Made by a program: the position numbers and the translations under genes. From Macrostomum hystrix (lineage: Eukaryota; Animalia; Platyhelminthes), in assembly GCA_950097015.1 (NCBI GenBank), contig CATNEN010000029.1:6572001-6636000 (forward strand): DNA of 64,000 nucleotides, in the 5' to 3' direction. A model generated the notes under the pieces. That model was not told the DNA's origin. It saw nothing but the letters and a program-made list of their open reading frames with translations, and did no database searches. Below, piece by piece: positions 62,598 through 64,000 of this stretch; the stretch's first letter is position 1, and the number at the start of each line of letters is the position of its first letter.

Positions 62598-63250
62598 GAT
62601 CTCTCCCCTCTCTCCTCTACCCTCTCTCGCCTACCCTCTCTCCTCAACCCTCTCTCCCCTACCCTCTCTCCTCTACCCTCTCTCTTCTACCCTCTCTCCC
62701 CTACCCTCTCCTACTCTCCTCTCCTCTACCCTCTCTCCCCTACCCTCTCCTACTCTCCTCTCCTCTACCCTCTCTCCCCTACCCTCTCCTACTCTCCTCT
62801 CCTCTACCCTCTCTCCTCTACCCTCTATCCTCTACCCTCGCTCCTCTACCCTCTCTTCTGTACCCTCTCTCCTCAACCCTCTCTCCCCTACCCTCTCTCC
62901 TCTACCCTCTCTCCTCTACCCTCTCTCCTCTACCCTCTCTCCTCTACCCTCTCTCCTCTACCCTCTCTCTCCTACCCTCTCTACTCTCTCTCCTCTACCC
63001 TCTCTACCCTCTCTCCTCTACCCTCTCTCCTCTACCCTCTCTCTCCTACCCTCTCCTACTCTCCTCTCCTCTACTCTCTCTCCTCTACCCTCTCTCCTCT
63101 ACGCTCTCTCCTCTACCCTCTCTCTCCTACCCTCTCTACTCTCTCTCCTCTACCCTCTCTACCCTCTCTCCTCTACCCTCTCTCCTCTACCCTCTCTCTC
63201 CTACCCTCTCTACTCTCTCTCCTCTCCTCTCTCTCCTCTACTCTCTCCTC
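62598..63250. repeat. CT-rich low-complexity / imperfect minisatellite (CTCTCTCCTCTACC)n
   Basis: Polypyrimidine tract. Confidence 0.92.
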
Positions 63251-63589
63251 CTTTTCAATCTCTTTTTCAAATTGACAAATCCAATTTTCTCACTCTCTGC
63301 GCAGCACTCTTACAACACACGCAAAAAGTCTCTCGACATTCAGGAAGTGTAGAGCTATTTTTTGCTCTACTTCAAATCCGCTGGCTTGTACAAGCTTAAT
63401 TCTAGCATTTTTTCATTATCACGTCTATTGGGTTGGTCGATGGCAAGTTTCTACTCGAGATATTGCTCCGGAGACACACACTGACTTGAACACTGCTCAC
63501 ACAATATGAACCGCTAGTGATTGCTCACACTTAGTCTGAGTCTCTCCCAGCACCCTCCGGAACTTGTGGCAATCCTATACTCTCTACTA

Positions 63590-63730
63590 ACAATATCCCA
63601 CTAACACCTAATATCCCAATAACCGATACCAATATCCCACTACAATCCACCAATATCCCACTACAATCCACCAATATCCCACTACAATCCACCAATATCC
63701 CACTACAGTCCAACAATATCCCACGACAAT
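63590..63730. repeat. 21-bp minisatellite (CCAATATCCCACTACAATCCA)n
   Basis: Tandem periodicity. Confidence 0.88.
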
Positions 63731-63739
63731 CTAACAGTA

Positions 63740-63747
63740 TAGTTAGG

Positions 63748-63785
<38 letters not shown>

Positions 63786-63865
63786 ATAGTTAGTTAGTTA
63801 GCTAGTTAGTTAGTTAGCTAGTTAGTTAGTTAGTTATTTAGTTAGTTAGTTAGTTAGTTAGTTAT

Positions 63866-63905
<40 letters not shown>

Positions 63906-64000
63906 CTAGTTAGTTAGTTAGTTAGCTAGTTAGTTAGTTAGTTAGTTAGCTAGTTAGTTAGTTAGTTAGCTAGTTAGTTAGTTAGTTAGTTAGTTAGTTA
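63740..64000. repeat. (GTTA)n tetranucleotide microsatellite
   Basis: Runs to the window end with occasional GCTA/TTTA variants. Confidence 0.97.

Noticed and set aside
63740-64000. Telomere
   Set aside because: The unit is GTTA/TTAG, a tetranucleotide, not TTAGGG; an ordinary microsatellite.

Overview
Eukaryotic (metazoan) genomic DNA with GT-AG introns, GC-rich exons and AT-rich introns/intergenic DNA, very rich in minisatellites. A Lox2/Lox4-type Hox signature points to a spiralian. Overall style suggests a free-living flatworm such as Macrostomum (inference). Genes reconstructed by hand: (1) 8-exon inscuteable ortholog, 5622-18165 (+), 531 aa; (2) 11-exon PMS2, 21972-33692 (+), 870 aa, all ATPase and endonuclease motifs intact; (3) intronless rhodopsin-class peptide-type GPCR, 43678-45087 (+); (4) two-exon Lox4/Lox2 (Ubx/abd-A-like) Hox gene on the minus strand, 50051-52799, with an in-frame stop and a homeobox frameshift (probable pseudogene); (5) intronless Mab-21/cGAS-like gene with a degenerate active site, 53602-55512 (-); (6) unknown spliced gene just upstream of it with a DLAGSER kinesin-like motif; (7) two convergent decayed Crypton-like fragments, 59121-60474. 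Mobile DNA includes two tRNA-derived SINE families, a hAT MITE with an 8-bp TSD that carries an internal satellite, and a third dispersed repeat. About 30 tandem arrays explain most long ORFs in the track. Two pairs of related arrays face each other as large inverted repeats. Family assignments rest on motif recall, not on database searches.
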